A DNA stretch of 56,448 nt from an uncultured Clostridia bacterium (GTDB lineage: Bacteria > Bacillota > Clostridia > Christensenellales > UBA1242). Each line of letters opens with the position of its first letter. Position 1 is the first letter of the stretch. Location: contig CALWKI010000069.1 in assembly GCA_944381235.1 (NCBI GenBank), positions 1-56,448 on the forward strand. The letters run 5' to 3'. The translations under genes and the position numbers were made by a program. Positions 25,301 to 34,521 of the stretch are shown here, one piece after another. The notes beneath the pieces were generated by a model that was given only the letters and a program-made list of their open reading frames with translations, ran no database searches and was not told where the DNA came from.

Positions 25301-25960
25301 AAAATTACTTGTAACTTTTACTCCTTCTTTTGCGTTTTTGACAAATTTGACAAGCATAAATTTGGCATCTTTTTTTAAATTAAAATTAAACTCAATTTCT
25401 TTGCAAACTAAATTAAACTGACTAGTAAGCCTCATTAGCTCTTGAATTCTCTGTACTGGATAAGACAAGTAAAGTCTTCCTTTATTTTTTAATAATTGTG
25501 ACGCGATAGAAAGTACTTCGTTTAAAGTTGTTTTTACTTCATATTTAGCAACTAAATCTTTTGCATTCTCCCCCTTATCTTTTAATTTATAATAAGGTGG
25601 GTTAGAAATTACAGCATCAATTTGACCCTGTTTTACATACTTTAAAGCATTTTTTATGTCGTCATTTACAAAACTAATATTGTTGATTTTATTATATTCT
25701 AGCGTTCTTTTTGACATATCATAAAGGGTATCATCAATCTCAATTCCAAGAATGCTCAAAGGTTTATATTTTGCGTTTGCAAGTATTGATACAACGCCTG
25801 AACCTGAACATAACTCTACAACTTTATCTGCGCTTTTAAGCCTCGCAAAATCTGACAGTAAAACACTATCTATTGAAAAGCGGTAATTATCCTCACTTTG
25901 AATAATAAATAAATTATTCCTTTGTAAATCTTCTAGCCTTTCCCCACTATTTAGTTTCAT
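25280..25960 (-). CDS. tRNA (adenine-N6)-methyltransferase, YabB/TrmN6-like
   Basis: SAM-dependent methyltransferase with VVELCSGSGVVS and ISNPPYY motifs. I prefer the ATG at 25960 (MKLNSGERLEDL...) over the listed TTG at 26002, which has no RBS and overlaps ricT by 56 nt. Confidence 0.7.
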   Translation of the reverse strand: MKLNSGERLEDLQRNNLFIIQSEDNYRFSIDSVLLSDFARLKSADKVVELCSGSGVVSILANAKYKPLSILGIEIDDTLYDMSKRTLEYNKINNISFVNDDIKNALKYVKQGQIDAVISNPPYYKLKDKGENAKDLVAKYEVKTTLNEVLSIASQLLKNKGRLYLSYPVQRIQELMRLTSQFNLVCKEIEFNFNLKKDAKFMLVKFVKNAKEGVKVTSNFLHESTE

Positions 25961-26783
25961 TTTTATCTTTTTTCCCGTGCTCGATTGCTCTATCTTTTTC
26001 AAACTTTATCTCATCTAAATTAAATTCTTTTATAGTTACATTTCCATCTTTACTAGTAAGTTTCACCGACAATTTTTCTTTTAATATATTTTGCTCTACA
26101 ACAACGCCTACGCCCTCTTTACTTTTAACCTCAGTGTTGACCTTTGGCATTTTACTTGAAAAAAAAAAAAAAAAAGGATTTTCATATTCCAAACAGCACA
26201 TAAGCCTACCACACGCACCACTAATTTTACTTGGATTTAACGCTAACCCCTGCACTTTTGCCATTTTCATTGATACTTTTTCAAAGTCTTTTAAAAATGT
26301 TGCACAACAGCACATTCTTCCACATGCACCAATACCACCTACAACTTGCGCCTGTTCTCTTGATGTTATTTGTCTAAGTTCAACACGCGTTTTAAGATTT
26401 GAAACAAGTTCCTTTATAAGTTCCCTAAAATCCACCCTATTTTCTGAAACAAATTCAATTACAACTTTTGATAGGTCAAGCGAATAGTTTGTGTTGACGA
26501 TATTCATATCTAACTTTAACTTTTCAACTAAAGACTTTGTCACATCATAAGCCTTTTTTGAAAGATTTTGTGCGCGTTCCATATTTGATTTGTCCTTTTT
26601 AGTAGCAAGCCTTAGAACTTTTTGACCGTTTTCTTTTTCACACTCCCGAACAAAAACAACCTCACCAAAAACCTCGTTATTATCAAGCAAAACAACTACT
26701 TTATCATTAATTTTTAGTTTTAAATCTGAAATAAACGACTCTAACTTATTTGTCCCGTTTAACCTTACCTCTACTCTTTGCAC
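25947..26783 (-). CDS. ricT: RicT/YaaT (PSP1-domain stage 0 sporulation / RNA-processing regulator)
   Basis: 278 aa, collinear with B. subtilis YaaT. FRELIKELVSNLKTRVELRQI, GGIGACGRMCCCATFL, KISGACGRLMCCLEYEN. Sits in the conserved holB-ricT-yabB context. Confidence 0.88.
   Translation of the reverse strand: MQRVEVRLNGTNKLESFISDLKLKINDKVVVLLDNNEVFGEVVFVRECEKENGQKVLRLATKKDKSNMERAQNLSKKAYDVTKSLVEKLKLDMNIVNTNYSLDLSKVVIEFVSENRVDFRELIKELVSNLKTRVELRQITSREQAQVVGGIGACGRMCCCATFLKDFEKVSMKMAKVQGLALNPSKISGACGRLMCCLEYENPFFFFFSSKMPKVNTEVKSKEGVGVVVEQNILKEKLSVKLTSKDGNVTIKEFNLDEIKFEKDRAIEHGKKDKNETK
26159..26175 (-). repeat. 17-nt homopolymer (A17 on +, T17 on the coding strand) inside ricT, encoding FFFFF
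   Basis: Seen directly in the sequence. The length of 17 is inferred from the reading frames of both listed ORFs that cross it (NPFFFFFSS on minus, EKKKKKG on plus). Confidence 0.9.
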
Positions 26784-27733
26784 AAGAATTTTACCTCCAA
26801 TATATATAGTAACAAATTATCTATCAAATAGACAACATTGCAATTAAAATTCATACTCTTCCTAACTTCAACTATTTTTCTTATTATTTTGTCAATGCAA
26901 GACGAGTTATATTCTCCTGCGACTTTTATTAGGTCTTGTAACACCATTTTGTTTTTAACGTAATCTTCTTTACCTAATCTAATTAAAAGTATATCTCTAA
27001 AAAAGCCTTCTAGAATTTCAAGCACAATACCTATATCCTCTTTCTTTTTTGATAGCATACTAGAATATTTAATTAGTGTCCGGCTGTCCTTTAATTCAAG
27101 AAGAGTCTTAAGACAAGCATTAAACACAAAATTAAAATCACTATCTTCCTTGTAATTAATCGCTTTTGTCAAATTCCCGTCTACTATTTCAAGTACGTTT
27201 TCGTTCTTTATATCCGTTGCAAGAAGAATTTCCTCATTTGAAAGCACTCCTAACCTTAACTTTTTACACCTAGACTTAATAGTACTTAAAACCTTACTTT
27301 CGTTAGTAACATTAAGCACTATAAAAGTATTTTTTGGAGGTTCTTCAAGTATTTTAAGAAGTTTATTCTGTGCTTGAATTGTAGCACTAGAAAAGTTATT
27401 TAATATAAAGACTTTATTGTCCCCTTCAAGTGGTGCAAGATAAACATTATCAATTAAATCTTTAATATCTTCAACAAGAATTGTCTTATGTCTTTTTGGA
27501 TAAATAATTAAATCACTAAAACTAGTTAAACTCACTCTTTTACAAGCATCACACTCTCCACAAGGCCTATTTTGAGTACTTTTGCACAACAAAAACTTAG
27601 CAAAACAATATGAAAAGTTAGTCAAGAAAACCTCATCGTCACTTATAAACATAAAAGAAGACGCGTTAATGTCCCCCTCACAAAAGTTTTTAAATTGCGC
27701 ATTATTTAATATTATATTTTCGTACTCTATCAT
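26771..27733 (-). CDS. holB: DNA polymerase III delta' subunit
   Basis: 320 aa. Degenerate P-loop followed by the zinc module CGECDACKRV. KVFILNNFSSATIQAQNKLLKILEEPP. SRC motif within TIKSRCKKL. Confidence 0.85.
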   Translation of the reverse strand: MIEYENIILNNAQFKNFCEGDINASSFMFISDDEVFLTNFSYCFAKFLLCKSTQNRPCGECDACKRVSLTSFSDLIIYPKRHKTILVEDIKDLIDNVYLAPLEGDNKVFILNNFSSATIQAQNKLLKILEEPPKNTFIVLNVTNESKVLSTIKSRCKKLRLGVLSNEEILLATDIKNENVLEIVDGNLTKAINYKEDSDFNFVFNACLKTLLELKDSRTLIKYSSMLSKKKEDIGIVLEILEGFFRDILLIRLGKEDYVKNKMVLQDLIKVAGEYNSSCIDKIIRKIVEVRKSMNFNCNVVYLIDNLLLYILEVKFLCKE

Positions 27734-27781
27734 AGCATTTAACCTTTAAGTATTTTAACATCTTTTGTAATTTTACACAAG

Positions 27782-27815
27782 AAAAAACACAAGAACAAGT
27801 TTTATCTTATTCTTG
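27782..27815 (-). terminator. Weak hairpin terminator downstream of greA
   Basis: caagaa (27790-27795) pairs with ttcttg (27810-27815). The A6 run at 27782-27787 gives a T-run on the minus strand. The stem is short and AT-rich. Confidence 0.4.
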
Positions 27816-27904
27816 CATTCAAAAATTTATATAAATCTTAGTCCTTCTAGTATTCAAGAATACAATGTACGTACTCGTTTTATTGAAAGTATATCACTTA
27901 AACT

Positions 27905-28387
27905 TTACACTCTAATTTTAAGAACTTCAAGATGAATTGTTGCATTATTATTTTGTGGTAAAATGATATTCACCTTATCTCCAACCTTCTTTCCAATCAG
28001 CGCTTTACCAACAGGACTTTCATTAGAAATAATACCTCTTGTTGGGTCAGAGTCAGTTGCCCCAACTATTTGATATTCAAATTCGTCATCATAATCAATG
28101 TCGCGAAGAAAAACATGACACCCAACACTAACTGTGCTTGTATCAATATCTTTTTTATCTATAATCTTACCATATCTAAGTTTATTTTCTATCTCAAGAA
28201 TTTCTGCCTCAACCTGCGCTTGTTCCTCTTTTGCCGCATCATATTCTGAGTTTTCACTAAGATCGCCAAACTCTCTAGCCACCCCTATTTTTTTTGATAC
28301 CTCTTCTCTTTTTGTTGACTTTAAATAATCTAATTTCTCTTGTAAAGCCTTGTAACCTTCTTTTGTCAAAAATATTTCGTTATCCAT
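27905..28387 (-). CDS. greA: Transcription elongation factor GreA
   Basis: 160 aa. LTKEGYKALQEKLDYLKS...REFGDLSENSEYDAAKEEQ...ISNESPVGKALIGKKVGD. Confidence 0.93.
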   Translation of the reverse strand: MDNEIFLTKEGYKALQEKLDYLKSTKREEVSKKIGVAREFGDLSENSEYDAAKEEQAQVEAEILEIENKLRYGKIIDKKDIDTSTVSVGCHVFLRDIDYDDEFEYQIVGATDSDPTRGIISNESPVGKALIGKKVGDKVNIILPQNNNATIHLEVLKIRV

Positions 28388-28616
28388 TTTTATTCCCTCC
28401 TAGTCCAAATAAAAATTTAAAAAAATGAAGTATTGCTTTAACAATACACTCCATTAATAATCTCTATTTTATTAAACACAAAAATTCATTAAAATTTTTG
28501 TACAAGAGATTATAATAGTTAATGTATTTTATGTCAAGAAAATTTTATTAATTACAAAAAAATTTTTTTAATAAAAAATATATCTTAAAAATTCATTATC
28601 TATAAAAAATTGCTTT

Positions 28617-28632
28617 AAAAAAAAAAAAAAAA
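28617..28632 (+). repeat. A16 homopolymer immediately upstream of a TAGTATAAT -10-like element
   Basis: Sixteen A residues (28617-28632) are followed by tagtataat (28633-28641). This lies 27 nt upstream of the ATG at 28668. Confidence 0.9.
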
Positions 28633-28667
28633 TAGTATAATATTAATAATTTTAAAAGGAACAAATT

Positions 28668-28931
28668 ATGGTTAGAATTTGGGCAAAAATACTATCTAAT
28701 GATAAAATCGTAAAAGAAACAATTTTTGAAGATAATAGTGAATTTAATACAAACAATTTTTTTGATTATTTGTCTATTATTTGTGAAAGACTTGATATTG
28801 CAACTCCAATAATTCTAAATAAACATATTTATCATTACATTACGTTTAACAATACTACATTTTTACCAGTTGACTTTCCAGAAAATGTTAGCTTTGATAA
28901 ATTTGTTTTAGAAGAAGCATCAAATTATTAG
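28668..28931 (+). CDS. Hypothetical small protein (87 aa)
   Basis: ORF with an AGGA RBS. No family recognised. Its stop overlaps the pfkA stop in convergent orientation (ttag). Confidence 0.5.
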   Translation: MVRIWAKILSNDKIVKETIFEDNSEFNTNNFFDYLSIICERLDIATPIILNKHIYHYITFNNTTFLPVDFPENVSFDKFVLEEASNY

Positions 28932-29902
28932 TCTTTTTTATAGTTAAGTAAATAAAATAAATTAAGTAAGTCGTAATTAAAATCATACTCTGCATTAAGT
29001 GCTACATCTATATCCTCGTCAAATACTTTATTGTTTTTCATACCAACTGCACGATTAAATATTCCATCGTTGACAAGCTCCATTGCCCTCACTGCATACT
29101 GCATTGCAAGTGACTTGTCTTCAACTGACGGCGCACCACCACGTTGAATGTATCCTACTATTGAGTATTTAAAGTCTACTCCCGTTTTTTCTGTAAGTTT
29201 CATTGCTATTTCGCGTACGTCAAACATTTTTTCCGCTATAACTATAGTAGGGGCTTTGTTTTTGTTTTTTACACAATAATTTACTTTTTCTATCAGTTCC
29301 TCTTCAGTAATAGGCTTTTCTGGTATTGCCAAAATATCACACGCGGTTGACACTGCACTATAAAGTGCAATATCTCCACAATATCTACCCATAACCTCAA
29401 ACACAACTCCGCGGTTTAGTGACGACATCGTTTGTTTAACATTTTCAATATATTTACTTGCATTATTTACCGCAGTATCAAAACCAAGACATTTATGAGT
29501 ATACCTTAAATCGTTATCAATAGTGCCCGGTATTAAAATAACATTAATGCCTTTGTCTCTAAGCGCTTTTCCACCTTTATAAGACCCGTCACCGCCAATG
29601 ACGATAAGTGCGTCAATCTCTCTATTTTTTAGATTCTGCGCACTTTTTTCAACAACCGCGTCATTCTTAAACTCTTCAAATCTGGCGGTTTTTAAAATTG
29701 TACCCCCAAGAGATGAAATATTTTCAACCATACTATTTTTTAGTTCAACAAACTCGTCGTTATACAGTCCCCTATATCCATTAAGCACGCCAAAAATCTT
29801 TGTTTCTCGAAGACTCGCAATTCGTACCAAAATATTAATTACCGTATTCATTCCCTGTCCGTCCCCTCCGCTTGTGAGAACGGCAATTTTATCAATTTTC
29901 AT
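28928..29902 (-). CDS. pfkA: ATP-dependent 6-phosphofructokinase
   Basis: 324 aa. IAVLTSGGDGQGMN, VIGGDGSYKG, PGTIDNDL, GYIQRGG. Confidence 0.93.
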   Translation of the reverse strand: MKIDKIAVLTSGGDGQGMNTVINILVRIASLRETKIFGVLNGYRGLYNDEFVELKNSMVENISSLGGTILKTARFEEFKNDAVVEKSAQNLKNREIDALIVIGGDGSYKGGKALRDKGINVILIPGTIDNDLRYTHKCLGFDTAVNNASKYIENVKQTMSSLNRGVVFEVMGRYCGDIALYSAVSTACDILAIPEKPITEEELIEKVNYCVKNKNKAPTIVIAEKMFDVREIAMKLTEKTGVDFKYSIVGYIQRGGAPSVEDKSLAMQYAVRAMELVNDGIFNRAVGMKNNKVFDEDIDVALNAEYDFNYDLLNLFYLLNYKKD

Positions 29903-29914
29903 ATATTTCCCTCT

Positions 29915-32900
29915 CTATAAAAGTTTTATGTTTGGCTCGTCAAGTAGTGAAAATAACTCGTTCATTAAATAACTACTTGGACTTATCATATAACTTAACT
30001 TAAATGCCTTATTAAGACTTGTACATTTAACAATAACTGGCACATCTCCTGGATAGTCTTTTAGTATCGCAAGTACATTACTATGAGTTATTCCATTTTG
30101 CGTATCATATCTTAAATATAACGTCTTTTGATGTGCAGGCTTTTCTTTTTCTACCTTTTCCTCAATCTTTTCTCCAAGAGTTAAAATATTATCAGCAATA
30201 ATTGTGACACTCCCATCATCTCTTACACTAGTTTTACCATGAATTTTAACAAGTTCGTCCTCTACTAGTTTATTTCTAAATTTTTCATAAATTCTAGGCG
30301 GTGCCATTACTTCAAAAGTGCCATATAAGTCTTCAACTTTTACAAGAGCCATTTCCTTATTCCCGACTTTTGTGGTAACCTTTTTAACCTCTTCAATACT
30401 GCCGCCACAAACGACTTCAAGATTGTCTTCCACCCCTTCGTTTTCAAATTTACTATCTGAATTGTCTTCTTCATCAGTAAATTCTTCTTCGTCTTTTTCA
30501 CTTATCATACTTGCATTAAATGTAAACTTTTTAAACTCATCCATATAGTTATCAAGTGGATGACCAGATAAATACATCCCTAAAACTTGCTTTTCAAATT
30601 TGAGTTTTGCACTTTTATTATACTCACTAATCTCTGGTAATTTTATTGAAGTGCTAGAATTAAACGTGCTATCGTCAAATAAACTAAATTGCCCAGTCGC
30701 CCTATTTTTCAAATCTTTTGAAACGACATCCATCATCATCTCATAAACGCCCATAAGTTGTGAACGCCAAGCTCCAAAGCAATCAAATGCGCCACTTAAA
30801 ATCATAGATTCTATACACCTCTTATTGACACCTGTTCCCATAGTACGCTCAATAAAATCATGTAAATCTTTGTAGTCTCCTCTTTCATCTCTTTCTTTGA
30901 TTATTTCTTCAACGGCTCCAATACCTACATTTTTAAGTGCCGCAAGCCCAAAACGAATTCTGTTGTTATCAACGCTAAAATATGTCATACTTTTATTTAC
31001 ATCTGGTGGTAAAACCTCGTAACCTTGCTGTCTTGCATAAATTATATATTTTTTTATCTCGTCGATTGAGGTAATTCTATTGTTTAGTACAGCGACAATA
31101 AATTCTACTGGATAGTAGCACTTAAGATAAGCAGTTTGATAAGAAAGATAAGCATAAGCCGCCGCGTGAGATTTGTTAAACGCATACTTTGCAAAGTCTT
31201 CCATATCGGCAAAAACTTTTCTTGCAATGTCCTCAGGAACCCCCCGTTTAAGTGCACCATCAATACTTTTTTCACCCTTTGGGTCAGTCCAGCCGTAAAT
31301 AAACTTTTCTTTTTCAGCTGCCATCTTTTCAACTTTTTTCTTTCCCATAATACGTCTAACCATGTCAGCCTGTCCTAGAGAATATCCCGCCATTGCTTGA
31401 ACTATCTGCATAACTTGTTCTTGATAAACGATAATTCCATATGTTGCTTCAAGTATAGGTTTTAGACATGGGTGGTCATATTTTATGCCCTCAGGGTTAT
31501 GTTTGTTTTTAACATAACTATCAATATATTTCATTGGCCCCGGTCTATACAAAGAAATACCAGCAATAATATCTTCAAGATTGTCTGGCTTAAGTTTTTT
31601 CATAAACCTTTTCATCCCGCCACTTTCAAGTTGGAACACGGCATCTGTGTTTCCTGATGAAATTAGTTTAAAGACATTTGGATCGTCATATTCCATTTTA
31701 TAGAAATCAATATCTCGCCCGTGAATTTGTTTAACTAATTTAAGTGTTTTATCAATATCTGTGAGCGTCCTAAGCCCCAAGAAGTCCATTTTAAGAAGTC
31801 CTAAGTCCTCAAGTTCAGTCATAGAATACTGGGTTGCAATCTCGTCTCCATTTTTTGCAAGTGGGACAAAATTATCAACTGGCTCTGGCGCAATAAGTAT
31901 TCCACACGCGTGAGTTGATGTCTGCCTTGGCATTCCTTCTAATTTAATACTCAAATTTATAACTTTTCTTATTTTTTCGTCTTCATCATAAAATTTTTTA
32001 AGACTTGGTATTATAAATTTTTCGTCTTCTTCCTTACCTGTTGTCCCAAAATAGTATTTTAAAACAGGAGGCTTTTTTATACCTTCTGGAAGTTTAAATG
32101 GTATTTCTTTGCATATTTTATTAACTTCAGACAATGGGAGCCTTAAAACCCTTGCAACATCTCTAACAGCGTTCTTAGCCGCCATTGTTCCAAAAGTGCC
32201 AATATATGCGACGTTGTCTTTCCCGTATTTTCGCTTTGCGTATTCTATTACCTCGTTACGCCTATCATAACAAAAGTCAACGTCAAAGTCGGGCATTGAA
32301 ACACGTTCTCTATGAATAAATCTCTCAAAAAGTAAGTTATATTTTATTGGATCAACCCTTGTAATTCCTGAGGTGTACGCAACAATACTACCTGCCCCAC
32401 TCCCACGGCCGGGACCTACTGGAATATTGTTTTGTCTCGCATAATTTATATAGTCCCAAACAACCAAGAAATATTCAACAAACCCTTGCTCATTAATAAT
32501 TTCAAGTTCATAGTCCGCCCTTTTTTGAATTTCAGGCGTAATAACAGGATATCTTTCCTTTAAACCATCATAGCATAATTTTTTTAAAAAATCAGAGGCA
32601 GTCATCCCGTTATCTGGCACATATTTTGGAATAAAATTTTCGTTGTCTCGAAGAGTACAACCTTCTGGTAAATTTGGTACTTCCTTATGGCTCTTTGCCT
32701 TAATTGTTACAAAACACTTGTCAGCAATTTCTTGAGTTGTATCTAGCGCTTCTTCATACGCGCCTAAAACTTCTTCCATTTCTTCACGAGTTTTTAAGTA
32801 AAATTCATCCGTTGCAAATTTCATTCTATCTGTGTCATCTTGAAATTTACCTGTTTGAATACATAAAAGTATATCTTGTATTTCGGCGTCCTCTCGCTTA

Positions 32901-33520
32901 ATATAGTGAATATCATTTGTCGCAACCGTCTTGACCCCTAAATCTTTTGCAAGACGATTTAGAGGCTCTAATATCTCAATTTGTTCAGGCAACCTATGAT
33001 TTTGAAGTTCAATATAAAAATCACCTTCATCAAACATATTTTTGAGTCTTTGACCGAGTTTTAGCGCCTCATCATACTGCCTATTAAGAAGATAATGCGG
33101 AATATGCCCTGCAAGACACGCGCTAAGACAAATAAGTCCCTTTGAGTGCTTTTCAAGAACGTTATAGTCAATTCTTGGCTTATAATAAAAACCTTCCTTA
33201 CAAGCGATAGCGTTAAGTTTTAGCAAATTATGATAACCCTCGTTATTTTTTGCAAGTAAAATAATGTGTCCGTTATCTGGTTTGCCTTGTTTATAAAATC
33301 TATCCATCGCGATGTAAAACTCACAGCCAATAATAGGTTTAATATTATTCCTATAACATTCACTAAAAAACTCAAGTGCGCCTGCCATTGTGCCGTGATC
33401 GGTTATGGCAACTGCGTTTGCACCCTGCTCTTTAACTATTTTTACCAAATCTTTTATTTTTGCCGCTCCGTCAAGCAGGCTATATTCTGTATGAACGTGT
33501 AAATGTACAAAATTTTTCAT
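29915..33520 (-). CDS. dnaE: DNA polymerase III alpha subunit (DnaE type)
   Basis: PHP domain begins MKNFVHLHVHTEYSLLDGA. Pol III alpha core motifs follow: GPGRGSGAGS, PDFDVDF, and an OB fold near the C-terminus. I prefer the ATG at 33520 because the listed start at 33568 overlaps whiA. Confidence 0.93.
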   Translation of the reverse strand: MKNFVHLHVHTEYSLLDGAAKIKDLVKIVKEQGANAVAITDHGTMAGALEFFSECYRNNIKPIIGCEFYIAMDRFYKQGKPDNGHIILLAKNNEGYHNLLKLNAIACKEGFYYKPRIDYNVLEKHSKGLICLSACLAGHIPHYLLNRQYDEALKLGQRLKNMFDEGDFYIELQNHRLPEQIEILEPLNRLAKDLGVKTVATNDIHYIKREDAEIQDILLCIQTGKFQDDTDRMKFATDEFYLKTREEMEEVLGAYEEALDTTQEIADKCFVTIKAKSHKEVPNLPEGCTLRDNENFIPKYVPDNGMTASDFLKKLCYDGLKERYPVITPEIQKRADYELEIINEQGFVEYFLVVWDYINYARQNNIPVGPGRGSGAGSIVAYTSGITRVDPIKYNLLFERFIHRERVSMPDFDVDFCYDRRNEVIEYAKRKYGKDNVAYIGTFGTMAAKNAVRDVARVLRLPLSEVNKICKEIPFKLPEGIKKPPVLKYYFGTTGKEEDEKFIIPSLKKFYDEDEKIRKVINLSIKLEGMPRQTSTHACGILIAPEPVDNFVPLAKNGDEIATQYSMTELEDLGLLKMDFLGLRTLTDIDKTLKLVKQIHGRDIDFYKMEYDDPNVFKLISSGNTDAVFQLESGGMKRFMKKLKPDNLEDIIAGISLYRPGPMKYIDSYVKNKHNPEGIKYDHPCLKPILEATYGIIVYQEQVMQIVQAMAGYSLGQADMVRRIMGKKKVEKMAAEKEKFIYGWTDPKGEKSIDGALKRGVPEDIARKVFADMEDFAKYAFNKSHAAAYAYLSYQTAYLKCYYPVEFIVAVLNNRITSIDEIKKYIIYARQQGYEVLPPDVNKSMTYFSVDNNRIRFGLAALKNVGIGAVEEIIKERDERGDYKDLHDFIERTMGTGVNKRCIESMILSGAFDCFGAWRSQLMGVYEMMMDVVSKDLKNRATGQFSLFDDSTFNSSTSIKLPEISEYNKSAKLKFEKQVLGMYLSGHPLDNYMDEFKKFTFNASMISEKDEEEFTDEEDNSDSKFENEGVEDNLEVVCGGSIEEVKKVTTKVGNKEMALVKVEDLYGTFEVMAPPRIYEKFRNKLVEDELVKIHGKTSVRDDGSVTIIADNILTLGEKIEEKVEKEKPAHQKTLYLRYDTQNGITHSNVLAILKDYPGDVPVIVKCTSLNKAFKLSYMISPSSYLMNELFSLLDEPNIKLL

Positions 33521-33533
33521 ATGTGTTCCCTGT

Positions 33534-34517
33534 TTACGTATGTTTATCCTCATCAATATTATTTGCAATTTTTATTAGTCTATTAAATTGATGATTTATG
33601 CCACTTTTAGTTATAGTTGTTGACAACAATTTTGTCAAGTTATCAAGCGACTCCTCCGGATTTGCAAGTCTTACAAGACATAATTCCCTTAAATTCTGTG
33701 GAAGTGCCTCAAAACCTATTGTTCTTTCGATTTTTGAAATTGCACTTATTTGTTTGAGGCTTGCGTTAACCGTCTTTGTAATGTTTGCATTTAAGCAGTT
33801 GTTTTGCCTATTGATGTTGTTTCTAACTTCTCTAACTGCCATCTCGTTTTGTAGTTCAAGTAAACCTTTATACGCCCCAACTGTTGCAAAGAGATCACTT
33901 ACAACCTCTGCTTCTTTAATATAGAGAATTGTTAAACTTTTTCTTTTACTTTTTTTATGTGTTATTCCAAGAGAAAAAAGGAGAGTTGAGAAGTCGTCAG
34001 CAAATCTTTCATCTACAAAATCAAACTCCCAATGATACCCGCTAAACGTCCTTGGGTGATTTTTGCTTTCTCCGATCAAAATGTTTGAGGTGGAAGAAGA
34101 CACAAACACGCCTTTTATAAAAGTCTTTTTACAACACTCACTTTCAAAAATATGAGGAGAAATGCCATAATTTAAAGAGTATTCATCTTCAAAATTATAA
34201 CTCATAAGTCCAGTATCAAAAAGCACCCTTTTTGTTATTTCTTTTGGAAATGTAATTATATATCTCGTCGTTTTATTTACGTTATTTTCTTCGTCTTTTT
34301 CTATTGTCGAGGTACAAGAATAAAATGATGCCAAGCAGGAATTAACCACATTAAATAATTCCTTCATATCGGTTTTAAGCTGAACGTAAACGTCTTGTCC
34401 TGTTTTTCTAAGTTCTCCAATAGAATGAATTACAGAAGATAAAAACGCCAATTTACAACATTCATTTTTTATCTCATTATCTAGTACTTCTAACTTAACC
34501 TCTCTTGCAAATGACAT
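33534..34517 (-). CDS. whiA: DNA-binding sporulation/cell-division regulator WhiA
   Basis: 327 aa. MSFAREVKLEV is a WhiA-type N-terminus. LAGLIDADG-like middle region. The C-terminal HTH reads LANPEESLDNLTKLL...ITKSGINHQFNRL. Confidence 0.88.
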   Translation of the reverse strand: MSFAREVKLEVLDNEIKNECCKLAFLSSVIHSIGELRKTGQDVYVQLKTDMKELFNVVNSCLASFYSCTSTIEKDEENNVNKTTRYIITFPKEITKRVLFDTGLMSYNFEDEYSLNYGISPHIFESECCKKTFIKGVFVSSSTSNILIGESKNHPRTFSGYHWEFDFVDERFADDFSTLLFSLGITHKKSKRKSLTILYIKEAEVVSDLFATVGAYKGLLELQNEMAVREVRNNINRQNNCLNANITKTVNASLKQISAISKIERTIGFEALPQNLRELCLVRLANPEESLDNLTKLLSTTITKSGINHQFNRLIKIANNIDEDKHT

Positions 34518-34521
34518 ACTT

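Noticed and set aside
33521-33568. N-terminal extensions of listed ORFs: dnaE to 33568, LRR protein to 41111, arsR to 41798, HicB-like to 50679, methyltransferase to 26002
   Set aside because: Internal ATGs with proper Shine-Dalgarno sequences begin exactly where family similarity starts. The extensions overlap upstream genes or encode implausible peptides.
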